A DNA stretch of 64,000 nucleotides from Alphaproteobacteria bacterium (GTDB lineage Bacteria; Pseudomonadota; Alphaproteobacteria; UBA8366), in assembly GCA_965228975.1 (NCBI GenBank), contig OZ245851.1:4917953-4981952 (forward strand), given 5' to 3'. Each line of letters opens with the position of its first letter. The first letter of the stretch is position 1. Shown here one piece after another: positions 44,482-54,663 of this stretch. The notes under the pieces are model-generated. The model saw nothing but the letters and a program-made list of their open reading frames with translations. It searched no databases and was not told the origin of the DNA. The position numbers and the translations under genes were made by a program.

Positions 44482-45597
44482 GTGTTTAGCCTTGGGGCCT
44501 CTGCAATCGTCGTGCCGATAGTATCGGGAGTTGCTGCCTTCATTGCCTTGACCACTGCAATGGCGACGGCGGCGTCCGCGCACGGCGTATTGAATGACGG
44601 CGTCGATCCTTGGACGGCCTGGAATTTGACGCCGGACATCACGCTCGGTACGCTCGTCGTTGCCGGTCTCTATGCCGCCGGCCTTTGGCGCCGGCGGCAC
44701 AAGACCGATCGGGTCCGAATCTGGCGGCACGTGTCTTTCTTCGCCGGACTCGCCGCGATATTCCTCGCGCTCCAGTCACCAATTGACCCCATTGCGGAGC
44801 GGGTGTTCCTGGTGCACCAGGTTCAGCATCTTTTGCTTCGCATGATTGGGCCGATACTGCTGTTCCTCGCTGCACCGCAGGGGGTGCTCATCGCCGGCAT
44901 GCCGGAATCAGCGCGATGCCGCCTTCTCATCCCCGTGATCGCGAACCGACTCGTCGGAGGCCTCTCCGCCTTTCTCTCATACCCGGCCATCGCCACGGCG
45001 CTGTTCATTGGCGCGCTCTATTTTTGGCAGATTCCAAGGTACCACGACCTCGCGATCCTCAACGACAATGTCCATTACCTCATGCATGCATCGATCCTGT
45101 TCACGGGTCTGGTCTTTTTTTGGCGCGTCCTCGATACGCGCCCCGTGCCGCAGGGTACACGCTATGGCGTGCGCTTGATGATGCTGTGGGTCATGATCAT
45201 GTCAAACATCGTGATCGGCTCCTACTTGGCGTTTAAAGGGTCCGTTCTCTATTCCGCCTATGCGCAGCTTGGTCGCCTGTGGAACCTTTCCGCTCTAGGG
45301 GACGAACTCTTGGGTGGCGCGTTGATCTGGATCCCAAGCAGCATGATGGGCGTCGTGGCGGTCCTGATCGTGGTTCACATGTGGGGGCGCCACGAAACGA
45401 AGGAGGAACAGCGCCGTAGCATGATGCTGCGTCGGCGAGGATACGGGCACAACGAGCCGCCAATGACGGCGACGGAGTTGATCCAGGGGGCGGCCCGAAA
45501 GAACCGGACCATGGCGTTCGGATTCGCCGGTTTTGTGACCGCTGTCTTTGTCGCGGCAATCGCCATAGGCGTGGTTAACCAGATGATGAGATCCTGA
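44482..45597 (+). CDS. CtaG (caa3-type) / CopD-like polytopic membrane protein
   Basis: 371 aa, about 8 TM, with W.AWNL..D....L...A.LY..G and VHQVQHLLLRMIGPILL segments like the cytochrome c oxidase assembly factor CtaG family. GTG start. Confidence 0.65.
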   Translation: MFSLGASAIVVPIVSGVAAFIALTTAMATAASAHGVLNDGVDPWTAWNLTPDITLGTLVVAGLYAAGLWRRRHKTDRVRIWRHVSFFAGLAAIFLALQSPIDPIAERVFLVHQVQHLLLRMIGPILLFLAAPQGVLIAGMPESARCRLLIPVIANRLVGGLSAFLSYPAIATALFIGALYFWQIPRYHDLAILNDNVHYLMHASILFTGLVFFWRVLDTRPVPQGTRYGVRLMMLWVMIMSNIVIGSYLAFKGSVLYSAYAQLGRLWNLSALGDELLGGALIWIPSSMMGVVAVLIVVHMWGRHETKEEQRRSMMLRRRGYGHNEPPMTATELIQGAARKNRTMAFGFAGFVTAVFVAAIAIGVVNQMMRS

Positions 45598-45685
45598 ATA
45601 ACAGCCTGAGGTTTGCTCCGCGATAGCCGATCGCGACGGGCGCGGGCGGTTCGACGAAGAACAGAACGACGGGAACGGAAAACAA

Positions 45686-47251
45686 ATGAAGAGGAAGTTG
45701 TTTATGCTCGGTGGCACAGGGCTTGCGGTTGTTGTCGCCGCAGTGGTCGGGATGGTGAATTTTGGGGCGCGCGGTGCCAGTTCTTTGACAGGCGCCTCGG
45801 AAGTTGAGGGTGCCGTCGAATTTGCAGCCGCGTCACCCGCCACGCCTCAGATGACTGTCGGTATGAATCGGGAGACTAGCGCTTGCGAGGGGCCGGGATT
45901 CCAAAAAAAATTCGTCACACTTGGAAAGGGCGACACGTTCATTGAAGTGCTTCTGCGGGCCGGCCTTTCTCAGCGGGAATCGTACGCGGCGAGCGAAGCC
46001 CTGCGCCTAGCTTACGATCCCCGAGACTTGAGGGCCGGCCAGATGCTCAGCCTTTTCATCGGCGAACATAACGATTCCAATGACGGTTTCTGTCTACGGC
46101 GGCTCGAGTTCGTTCCAGAGACCGATCGTTTGGTTTCGATAGAGCATCGGGCGGTCAAGGCTTTCGTGGCGCGCACCTCGATAATTCTCAACACTCGCAA
46201 GCTCATGTCGCGAGCGGGCACTGTACGATCGGGCCTGTATGAAGCAGCCCAAGCCGCCGGGATCCCGGTCCCGGTTCTAATGCAGGTCTATGGAACATTA
46301 AGGTACAAGCTCGACTCCCAGCGTGATATCCGCGACGATGATATGTTCCGGCTGGTTTTCGAGGTCTTCGAAGACGGCGTTGGGCAAGGTCGCCACCCGG
46401 GCGATCTCAAATACGCCGCCATCGGCTTATCCGGGCGAAGTCTTCGCATTCTGCGTTACACCACGGCCGACGGATACACTGGCTTCTTCGATGACAAGGG
46501 GACGAGCATCGAGACCAGCCTGATGAAGACACCGGTCGAAGGCGGGCGACTCTCCTCCCAGTTCGGGAAGCGTGACCATCCTGTGCTTGGCTATGCACGC
46601 ATGCATCGCGGCCTCGACTTTACTGCACCGCGCGGAACGCCAGTGCTCGCTGCGGGCGATGGCATGGTTGTGCGCCGAGGCCGCAACGGTAGCTTCGGGA
46701 AGTTTATCGAGATCAGGCATGATGCGACCTACACCACGGCCTACGCCCATCTCAGCCGCTATGCCGAGGTGCTCCAGCTGGGCGCGCGAGTTCGGCAAGG
46801 CGATGTGATCGGCTATGTCGGGGCGACGGGTCTCGCCACGGGTCCAAACCTACATTACGAAGTTCTGCAGAAGGGCGAACAGGTCGACCCAATGAAGCTG
46901 GAGATACTTCCGCGAAGAATCCTTCGAGGTGAGGAATTGGCCCGCTTTGAGCAGGCGAAGGCGGAGTTTTGGGCAATCCTGGCGCGCGCATCACCGAGTA
47001 AGCGGAGCCGTCGGAACGCGATTACCCGACCGACCGCGATCTCGGGCACTGGGAGTTACCAATGCGAAGACAGGCCGGGGAAGGTGTCCATGGAACAGGA
47101 TGATGGCGAATCACTCTGCCACCACGCGAATCGGGACGCGCGGTGCTCCAATTACCGGGCAGGCGATTGTTACAAAACTTTGCTCCCATCACGTGCGCGC
47201 GCTGATAGAGAGCGCTCTTCTTTGAAGGGCCTGAGAGAGGCCGAGCTATGA
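45686..47251 (+). CDS. M23-family metallopeptidase
   Basis: HRGLDFTAPRGTPV...GATGLATGPNLHYEV (HxxxD and HxH catalytic motifs). The last roughly 85 aa look low-complexity, so the true C-terminus is uncertain. Confidence 0.8.
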   Translation: MKRKLFMLGGTGLAVVVAAVVGMVNFGARGASSLTGASEVEGAVEFAAASPATPQMTVGMNRETSACEGPGFQKKFVTLGKGDTFIEVLLRAGLSQRESYAASEALRLAYDPRDLRAGQMLSLFIGEHNDSNDGFCLRRLEFVPETDRLVSIEHRAVKAFVARTSIILNTRKLMSRAGTVRSGLYEAAQAAGIPVPVLMQVYGTLRYKLDSQRDIRDDDMFRLVFEVFEDGVGQGRHPGDLKYAAIGLSGRSLRILRYTTADGYTGFFDDKGTSIETSLMKTPVEGGRLSSQFGKRDHPVLGYARMHRGLDFTAPRGTPVLAAGDGMVVRRGRNGSFGKFIEIRHDATYTTAYAHLSRYAEVLQLGARVRQGDVIGYVGATGLATGPNLHYEVLQKGEQVDPMKLEILPRRILRGEELARFEQAKAEFWAILARASPSKRSRRNAITRPTAISGTGSYQCEDRPGKVSMEQDDGESLCHHANRDARCSNYRAGDCYKTLLPSRARADRERSSLKGLREAEL

Positions 47252-47748
47252 CATTTATTGCTACGCGATTTTGCAGGTCTCGAATTTTCGGGCTTGCGGT
47301 TTTCGGCAGCTTTCTCGTTGTTGGTCTCGACCAGACCTCGAAGTGGTTTATGGTCGCTGTCGTGATGGACCCGCCGCGTGTCATTCCAGTCACACCGTTC
47401 TTCAACTTGGTGCTAGGGTTCAATCCTGGGGTCAGCTTTGGGCTTCTGGGCGGTCTTGGATCCTCAGGTCCAATAATGCTGTCGGCGCTGGCGCTTGCCA
47501 TCGTCGCGTTTCTTGTTGTTTGGCTTTGGAGAACGCATGAAGTTAGGGAGGCATCGGGGCTTAGTCTCATTATCGGCGGTGCTGTCGGCAATGTCATAGA
47601 CCGGCTTCGTAACGGAGCAGTGACAGATTTTCTGGATATTTATGTCGGTCAGTATCATTGGCCGGCATTCAATCTTGCGGATGTCGCGATATCGCTAGGT
47701 GTCGGATTGATCGTGATCAATTCATTCTGGTGCCCTCCCAAAGCTTAG
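47248..47748 (+). CDS. lspA: lipoprotein signal peptidase II
   Basis: GGAVGNVIDRL and WPAFNLADVAISLG catalytic-Asp motifs. 4 TM. Confidence 0.85.
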   Translation: MTFIATRFCRSRIFGLAVFGSFLVVGLDQTSKWFMVAVVMDPPRVIPVTPFFNLVLGFNPGVSFGLLGGLGSSGPIMLSALALAIVAFLVVWLWRTHEVREASGLSLIIGGAVGNVIDRLRNGAVTDFLDIYVGQYHWPAFNLADVAISLGVGLIVINSFWCPPKA

Positions 47749-47831
47749 AGATAGGTCTTGACATTACTGTAAGGGATAGCTCCAGAATTAGTGCCAACGA
47801 TGAGGTTTCTTAGGATAAGTATTCCGGTGAA

Positions 47832-48143
47832 GTGACGCGCAGTATCTTCATGTCTGGACTATTGACCCTACCATGTGTCGGCGAGGCCCCGACCGACGAC
47901 CACCCGGACGGCCATCGCATATGGGACGGCGGCAGTATGTTCCTGGGCTTAGGCATGATTGCGAATTTCCTGGTCGCCGTGGTTGTGATTACAGTGTTTT
48001 TGGCGAAAGACCTTAGCGGCGACAGCCAGCTGAGCTCTACAACATCAACCGCAATGGACGTCTTGAACGAACCTTATACAGAGGGTGAGATCGACACGGC
48101 GGAGTGGCGTATGGAGAATGGAAACAGCGAAATTGGGAATTGA
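47832..48143 (+). CDS. hypothetical small membrane protein with SHOCT-like C-terminal motif
   Basis: TM segment FLGLGMIANFLVAVVVITVFL, then LNEPYTEGEIDTAEW, which resembles SHOCT (L..Y..GEI..EE). GTG-type start. Weak call. Confidence 0.3.
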   Translation: MTRSIFMSGLLTLPCVGEAPTDDHPDGHRIWDGGSMFLGLGMIANFLVAVVVITVFLAKDLSGDSQLSSTTSTAMDVLNEPYTEGEIDTAEWRMENGNSEIGN

Positions 48144-48225
48144 TTGATGGCGGGCTATTTGGACCCCAGGCCCCAGAAGGCATGATTGTTGTGTACAATT
48201 AACATTGATCATTGGGGTGGTGGAA

Positions 48226-48633
48226 ATGGGCAATAACCTGCGCTGGATGTGCGTTTTGCTGCTAGCTGTCTCCGTAATTTTCGCGGGGATAGTGGGTACG
48301 CACGCCGCCGAACCTCAATTGGACGGCAATGGCGATCATAACGCGATTTCTCACAATCTCGAATTCCAAGATGGCGAGCGTCATGTTAACCCCGTGCAAG
48401 AAAACGCGGATTGTGACGAGCAGGCGGAAGATCCGGGAACGGGTCCAATTTCTGGACACACCGGGAAAGGCAGTTGCTGTCTCGGTATACATTTGCCCAC
48501 GTTTGCAATGTGGGGCGGCTTGGATGGGGCTGTCCAGGTATTCTATGCTGTGTGTATATTGCCGCATGTTGAGCGGATCGTCGTTTTGCACATACCTGCA
48601 ACCCTGTTAAGGCCGCCGCGTATCCGCGTTTAA
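48226..48633 (+). CDS. hypothetical exported Cys/His-containing protein
   Basis: MGNNLRWMCVLLLAVSVIFAGIVGTHA signal-like N-terminus, with acidic and His-rich segments and a CC pair. Lower-GC patch. Weak call. Confidence 0.3.
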   Translation: MGNNLRWMCVLLLAVSVIFAGIVGTHAAEPQLDGNGDHNAISHNLEFQDGERHVNPVQENADCDEQAEDPGTGPISGHTGKGSCCLGIHLPTFAMWGGLDGAVQVFYAVCILPHVERIVVLHIPATLLRPPRIRV

Positions 48634-48875
48634 CCCCCAAGCGGTTTGTTGGGACGCGCGGTGTTTCAGTCGTTTGACAAGGATTTCTATGCCCGGAAAG
48701 CAAAATGTCACTCCGGACATAAGGCACGGGCTCGCCTAAATCTAATCACACGACTGCCTTTCCAGCCCCTTTTTGCGTCTCCAAACGCAACGGACTCTTC
48801 CTAAGTCTGAATGCCACGAGGCTTTTCTGAATGGCTCGTGATGAAAATCTGACCTAACGCAGAAGGATCAAAAGA

Positions 48876-49433
48876 ATGATTGACCGTACGATTAATTCGC
48901 GCCGCCTGTTTATTCATACCATCGCTGTAACTACATTGTTAACAGTTGGTACGCTCGCGGTCGCCGGTCCGGGGCACGGTAATGGTGCGGGCGCTATAGA
49001 AACCGGACAACCAGGGAATCCTGCGAATGTTTCGCGCGACATCAACGTCATTATGCGTGACAATTTATACGAACCAGCTCAGATCTCCGTTAAAGCGGGT
49101 GAGACCGTTCGTTTCAAGGTCGTCAACAGAGGTGAGATTCTACATGAGTTCAATTTAGGGACAAAGGTTATGCACGCCGCGCACCAAAAGGAAATGATGA
49201 CCATGATGGAGAACGGGATGTTGGAAGTTGATCGCATCAACCATGAAAAAATGAAAATGGATCGTGGTGGCGGCAAAGGAATGTCGCACGACGATCCCAA
49301 CAGCATCTTGGTTGAACCCGGTAGATCGGGCGAGGTTATCTGGAAATTCACGAAGGAAGTGAAAATGGAATTCGCCTGCAACATCCCCGGTCACTACGAA
49401 TCTGGAATGGTCGGTCCTATCAAGTTCAGATAA
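48876..49433 (+). CDS. cupredoxin-fold periplasmic copper-binding protein (CopI/plastocyanin-like)
   Basis: Signal peptide, GETVRFKVVNRGEILHEF, a Met-rich loop (MMTMMENGM...MKM), and type-1 Cu ligands in CNIPGHYESGM. Confidence 0.8.
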   Translation: MIDRTINSRRLFIHTIAVTTLLTVGTLAVAGPGHGNGAGAIETGQPGNPANVSRDINVIMRDNLYEPAQISVKAGETVRFKVVNRGEILHEFNLGTKVMHAAHQKEMMTMMENGMLEVDRINHEKMKMDRGGGKGMSHDDPNSILVEPGRSGEVIWKFTKEVKMEFACNIPGHYESGMVGPIKFR

Positions 49434-49646
49434 TCGACCGGACGCGAAGGAGAAGGCCACGACCAACAAGTTTAGATCGTGAGTTTCGGGTGCGGTTTTC
49501 GCCATAGACTTCGTAATGGCAATCGCGCAAATAATCTTTGAGCCGAATAGAGGCTCTATTGATGTTCCTGACCGCGGCAGTCGGGTTCGACTGCCGCGGT
49601 GGGAATGACCATAGACCATGATCCGAATTCAAGGAGCGATCAATAA

Positions 49647-51059
49647 ATGAGCCGGCGCAACGCCAATGGGATGATCGCTCTGTTAGCGATTACTGGGATC
49701 TTGGCCGTGATCGCTCTGGATCAAAAATTGACTGCGATTACCACTTTCGACAACGGAACAGCCGAAATTGCTTCCGACAAGGCCCGGTTTGTTCCGCGCG
49801 TGGAGAGTTTTGTCTTAAGAAACGGCTTGGAGGTCGTTGCACTGCCCATAACCAGTGCCAAAAAGACTGTTCTGATGGTTTGGTATCGTGTCGGCGCTGC
49901 CGATGACCCACCAGACAAACTAGGACTCGCTCACTATGCCGAGCATGTGACTTTCAGCGCGCTCGGAAGTCACAATTCAATCGATGACTCCAATGGCACC
50001 CGCCCACCGAGTGACACCAAATCTCAGCCTGAGGCCTTCACCTTTTACGATTACACAGCATACTACCACATAATATCCAAACAGCGACTAGACGACGCCA
50101 TGCAATTGGAGGCTGACCGCATGGCAAGACTCCAAATTGACGAGGCCGCAGTAAAAGCGGAATTGCAGGCGGTCATTGATGAGCGCGAGCACGACGTTGA
50201 TGGAGATCCGCTGGCACTTCTCGAAGAGAGGTTGCGAGCTGCCCTCTTCGGCGCAAGTCCTTATGGAAGACCGATCGTGGCCGGGGCTGAAGACACGGCC
50301 CTGGTCTCATCGGTAGATGTCCGAACTTTCTTGGACCGTTGGTATTCGCCGAGAAGTGCAATCTTGATTGTCGCTGGCAATTTTGATGTCGATACTTTGC
50401 GTCGCACTGTCGAAGAACATTTCGGTCAAATCATCGGCGCTAGGGTGCCCAAGAGAGAGCGGCCCAATGCGTCACGGCATTCCGAACGTCGAGTGCGATT
50501 GCAGTCGAATAGCAGTCCGCAGACTTTATGGGCGCGATCGTGCCTGGCCCCAAGCTTTGGAACCGCCGATCAGCGCGAGATTGTGTCCGTACAAATTCTC
50601 GCGAGAATTTTGGCCACATTTGATGGTGGTCGCCTTCGGCGGGCTCTCGTGAAGGACCGACAGTCTGCGGAGGGGGTCGTAGTGGAGTATGAGCCCAGTG
50701 CCGTCGGGGATACCGTTTTTACGATTCACGCTACCCTCGCCCAAAATGGCAATCTCAGCGAATTCGAAGCAGGTATCGAAAGCGAGCTATCTGATCTCGT
50801 TTCACGGGGTCTCTCTTCTGAAGAGGTTACCGAAGCTCGCAATGCCGCGCTGGCAGAGTATGCCCGAGTTTCGCGTGATCCGTTCGATGTTGCAAATATG
50901 TTTGGGGCCCTGCTCGCTACGGGTGGAGCCCTGACCGACATGGAGAAGTGGGCGGAATTGGTCTCGAGCGTCAAGCCCCAAGACATTCGGGTTGCAGCAC
51001 AACGGCTATTTGCCGCCGATAACTGCGCTACCGGTACGCTGGGGGTATTCAGAGAGTAG
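49647..51059 (+). CDS. M16-family (pitrilysin-like) zinc peptidase
   Basis: Inverted zinc motif HxxEH in LAHYAEHVTF. N-terminal anchor. Two-domain length (470 aa). Confidence 0.75.
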   Translation: MSRRNANGMIALLAITGILAVIALDQKLTAITTFDNGTAEIASDKARFVPRVESFVLRNGLEVVALPITSAKKTVLMVWYRVGAADDPPDKLGLAHYAEHVTFSALGSHNSIDDSNGTRPPSDTKSQPEAFTFYDYTAYYHIISKQRLDDAMQLEADRMARLQIDEAAVKAELQAVIDEREHDVDGDPLALLEERLRAALFGASPYGRPIVAGAEDTALVSSVDVRTFLDRWYSPRSAILIVAGNFDVDTLRRTVEEHFGQIIGARVPKRERPNASRHSERRVRLQSNSSPQTLWARSCLAPSFGTADQREIVSVQILARILATFDGGRLRRALVKDRQSAEGVVVEYEPSAVGDTVFTIHATLAQNGNLSEFEAGIESELSDLVSRGLSSEEVTEARNAALAEYARVSRDPFDVANMFGALLATGGALTDMEKWAELVSSVKPQDIRVAAQRLFAADNCATGTLGVFRE

Positions 51060-51239
51060 CGCTTACGGTAACCGGGCGTAGTTTTACCTGCGCTGACTAC
51101 TGGAAGCAGCGTTGCGCCAGTGACTTGCGGTAGAGTGGCTGCCCGAAGTCAAAAGCTGAACGGTTCGGGCGTGCGGGATGATGGGGAATCCTTCCTCCAG
51201 CCGGCGGCTGGATTGAAGATAGAAGTTTACCTGCTATGT

Positions 51240-51345
51240 GAAAAGTAGTCCAGGTTGATTGGGAGCGTCTGGCTTATCTTGAACCTTGAAGGTGGAAAAA
51301 AGGATGAGCCGGAAGAGATACACGCCAGAACAGACTGTCGGGATG
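51240..51345 (+). mobile_element. left-end fragment of an IS3-family element
   Basis: AAGGTGGAAAAAAGG ATG AGC CGG AAG AGA TAC ACG CCA GAA CAG encodes MSRKRYTPEQ..., an IS3 OrfA N-terminus. It is cut off after about 14 codons, where the IS110 remnant begins. Confidence 0.55.
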
Positions 51346-51363
51346 GTATTGTCAGGGTATCCG

Positions 51364-52303
51364 TTATAGGCAAGGCTTTGTTACGGCCCAGTGTCGATTA
51401 GCCCTGGTGAGCGCGTTAGCAAGGATGATGATCTTCCGCATGATGGCGGTCAGGGCGACCTTTGGCGGCTTTCCGTTTCATATATGCATAGGAGCGTGTG
51501 GCGAAGAGAGCGGCCATGTAGACGGTCTGGCGAACCTGCGCGCGTCCGCCCCGGATGTGGCGCTTGCCTTGAAATGTGCCGCTGTCGCGGGCTTTGGGAG
51601 CGACCCTCCACCTCAAGCTTGCCGCCTGTTTGTCGTTGAGATTTCTGAGTTTTGGCATTCCTGCAAGCGGGGTCATCGTCGTCACCTCGCCGACGGCAGG
51701 GATGCTCATCAAGATTGCGAGACGTTGCGCTAATGTCGGGCCGGACATGGTGATCTTCTGGCATTCCACGTCTATTTTCACGATCTGCCGTTTTGCTTGT
51801 TTCTCTGATTGCCGGAGCGGGCGCTTAAGCAATTGGGGGCGATGGTTTTGTTTCTGTTGGCAAACCGCGCGCCCTGCCATACCAGTCCACGGCGGGCCGC
51901 GACCAGCTCTTTGAGTTGTTCAAGAGCCGATCCTGGCAAGGGTATTGTCGCCGGCTTCAGGAAGGTGCCGAATTGTGCCAGGACGCACGCATCGACCGGA
52001 TCGGTCTAGGCGTTTACGCGCCAAGTGCTTCTGCAAGGCGCCGGGCACGGCGGGCGTCGAGCCGCGCGATGGGGACCCGTTCTCGCCCAGGTATCGATCG
52101 ACACCTCTGTGATAGCTGCCCGCCGTTTCGTAGGTCACGCCTTGCGGATGAGCGTTGCCCAGCCAGCCACCGAGCATGCGCCAACCTGTTTTATCGTTGC
52201 TGAAACGACGAAACGATTCGTCCGGATGACGATAAACATCGAGGTGCGCCTTTGACATGTCGATCCCGGCGAAGGTTGGGTTACACTGTTTCATCTTGAC
52301 CAT
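51364..52303 (-). pseudogene. IS110-family transposase, multiply frameshifted
   Basis: - N-terminal DEDD part: FAGIDMSKAHLDVYRHP...ETAGSYHRG (track ORF 51920-52303).
- C-terminal Transposase_20 part: IPAVGEVTTMTPLAGMPKLRNLNDKQAASL...DSGTFQGKRHIRGGRAQVRQTVYMAAL (51416-51880).
- Terminal MRKIIILANAL...: lies in a third frame. Confidence 0.8.
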
Positions 52304-52486
52304 TGTCCTGTGCTTGTCGCGCGGGGTATGTCCCCAGGTATCCGTTCAGGCCAGTGGAAAAGAAATGGGCGATCAAACTCTGACTCGGCCCTGTATAGGT
52401 CCGCAAATCAACGATACATCCCATTCCATCACCTACGGGAGGCCTCCCGTGGGTGGTGACCCTTTAAATCACGAAAGACCCCTTCT

Positions 52487-53291
52487 TTTATAAGACAAGC
52501 AAATCGGTTTGAGGCCGGGAAGGTACGTCCGTAGCCTCGGCGGATGAAGAATCCCTTCCACTATTTCAACAAATCACCCGAGGTCATCCGCCTTACAGTA
52601 ATGATGTACATCCGCAATCCGCTGTCATTGCGTCAGGTCGAGGATCTTCTATTCGAGCGCGGTATCGATATTTGTCATGAGACGGTGCGGTTTTGGTGGA
52701 ACCGGTTTGGTCCAGTGTTTGCCGCGGAGATCCGGAAGCGCCGCGCTCAAAACCGGTCGTATTCCCGCTGGCGCGGGCATCTGGACGAGGTGTTTGTGCG
52801 GATCGGTGGTGAGACGCATGATCTGTGGCGTGCGGTTGATCATAAAGGCGAAGTGCTCGAGGTTTTCGCGACCAAACACCGGGTTCGCAAGGCGGCACTG
52901 ACGTTTATCAAGCGTGCTACGAAACGCTACGGCCGACCGATGTCAGTAGTGACAGATCGCGTTAGGCCGTATCCGCTGCGATGTAAGCTCTTGGCAATGC
53001 CAATGTTAAGGAGTGCGGTCCCAGGCTTAATAACCGGGCCGAAAACTCACATCAGCCGTTTCGCCGACTAGAATCTGTGATGGCGAAGTTCCGGGACATC
53101 AAAACCCTAAAAAAATTCGCTTCCGCCCACGCCTCAATCTGCAACCATTTCAATCAGGAATGCCACCTCAACCGCCGCGAAATCTTTAAGCGCAATCAGT
53201 CCGCTGCTCTGGCAGAGTGGCATCAGCTTGCGGTCTGAGCGCCTCACTCCGTCGCCCTTCATATAAAGGCGTGGATTTGCCTGACAATGCC
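52487..53291 (+). mobile_element. IS6-family insertion sequence, copy 2 (inactive, left end degenerate)
   Basis: The right IR, reverse complement of CTGACAATGCC (53281-53291), gives GGCATTGTCAG, identical to the copy-1 left IR. The expected left IR near 52487 is not recognisable. Confidence 0.75.
52544..53238 (+). pseudogene. IS6-family transposase, frameshifted
   Basis: N-terminal 150 aa are about 85 percent identical (by eye) to copy 1. After ...VVTDRVRPY the frame is lost. The C-terminal ...RAENSHQPFRR..KFASAHASICNHFNQ...AEWHQLAV is readable in other frames. Confidence 0.8.
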
Positions 53292-53318
53292 AATTGGTCG
53301 GTTCATCAAGTGTCCTGG

Positions 53319-53723
53319 TTATTGCGCACGTTGCATCCAGCCAGTGTGGCGGTCCACTTCCAGTTTTTGCACGAGTGAATCCTCCTGCGTGACGATTTCA
53401 ACAACGATGGTATCGTCGTCTTTCTCTTCCACCTTTCCGACCTTGACATTCGGATTGCCATTCCACGAAAGTCGGTGCTCCATGATGTGCTCAACATCTT
53501 TAGCGGACAGGTCCTGACGGAGCGGCTGCATCATGCCAGGTCGCATGCCCTGACCCATCATCCCAGGCCCCATGCCGTAACCCATCATCCCAGGCCCCAT
53601 GTTCGAACTGCCAGGCTGATTCCCGAGATTTGCGCCAAGTCCGTGCGCCGATACTAAAGATGTAATCCCAAGGCTGATCGCGGCAGCGACCCCAACAGCC
53701 AAAGGCATCCTCTTAGGTATCAT
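53319..53723 (-). CDS. periplasmic Met/Gly-rich protein
   Basis: Signal MIPKRMPLAVGVAAAISLGITSLVSA/HG, repeats MGPGMMGYGMGPGMMGQGMRPGMM, then a small globular C-terminal domain. Confidence 0.65.
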   Translation of the reverse strand: MIPKRMPLAVGVAAAISLGITSLVSAHGLGANLGNQPGSSNMGPGMMGYGMGPGMMGQGMRPGMMQPLRQDLSAKDVEHIMEHRLSWNGNPNVKVGKVEEKDDDTIVVEIVTQEDSLVQKLEVDRHTGWMQRAQ

Positions 53724-53859
53724 AATGTACTCCCTATGGCCATGTGTTGAATGTTCAACACGGATATTCAATCGATTCTCTCACCCACACATTGACGCAA
53801 ATCAACATTTGAAGAATATGAGGCCGGCAAAGTTGTAGTCGGAGCTGAAAAGAGCTCCA

Positions 53860-54663
53860 GGCATTGACATGTTAAGTGGGTGGCCGAGACGGTCAGGTGT
53901 CGCTACCGTCGCCGAATGACACCAATATCCTTCAAGCGGCATCGCTTTCCGCCAGTTATCATCCAACACGCAGCGTGGCTCTATGCCAGGTTCACACTGT
54001 CGTTCCGTGATGTCGAGGAATTGCTGGCAGAGTGTGGCATCAACGTCTCAAACGAAACGGTACGGTGCTGGTTTCTGAAGTTTGGTCGGCTGATCGCCCG
54101 CAATCTTCGCCGTAGCCGTCCGCGTGCCAGTGCTCACTGGCATCTCGATGAGATGGTCATAAAGATCCACAATCGAAAATACTGGCTGTGGGGGGCGGTG
54201 GACAATGAAGGTGAAGTGCTTGACTTCCTGGTCCAGCGACGACGCTGCGCTCGGTCGGCGCGGAGATTGCTTCGAAAGCTGCCGAAGAAGCAGGGCTTTG
54301 CGCCGAAGCGCATCACCACGGATAAGCTCAAATCATACGCCGTCGCCATCCGCAAAGAGCGACTTTCAGCGTTCCATGATCAAGGCTTGAGAGCAAACAA
54401 TCGGGCCGAAAATTCACACCAGCCCGTTCGACGACGAGAGCAAAAACAGCAGCGATTCAAGTCGCCTGGATCGGTGCAATATTTCCTGTCGATACACGCT
54501 GTCGTCCAGAATGCCTTCTACGTCCAATGCCATCTCCTGCCACGCCGCATCCTCAAGACGTTTCCCGCCGAGAGGTTTGCCGTCTCGCGGCAGAGCTGCC
54601 TCGCAGCCTTATCCCACGGTGCGGCAACTTGCGGCCGACTACGGCAGTTAACGTGTCAATGCC
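53860..54663 (+). mobile_element. IS6-family insertion sequence, copy 3 (different isoform)
   Basis: 804 bp. IRL is GGCATTGACATGTTAAGTG; the reverse complement of IRR is GGCATTGACACGTTAACTG. Confidence 0.8.

Noticed and set aside
46990-47251. Possible separate small gene, or a frameshift, in the low-complexity C-terminal tail of the M23 peptidase ORF.
   Set aside because: No alternative frame gives a convincing protein, and the tail ends in an ATGA-type overlap with lspA. It is left as an uncertain C-terminus rather than a separate feature.
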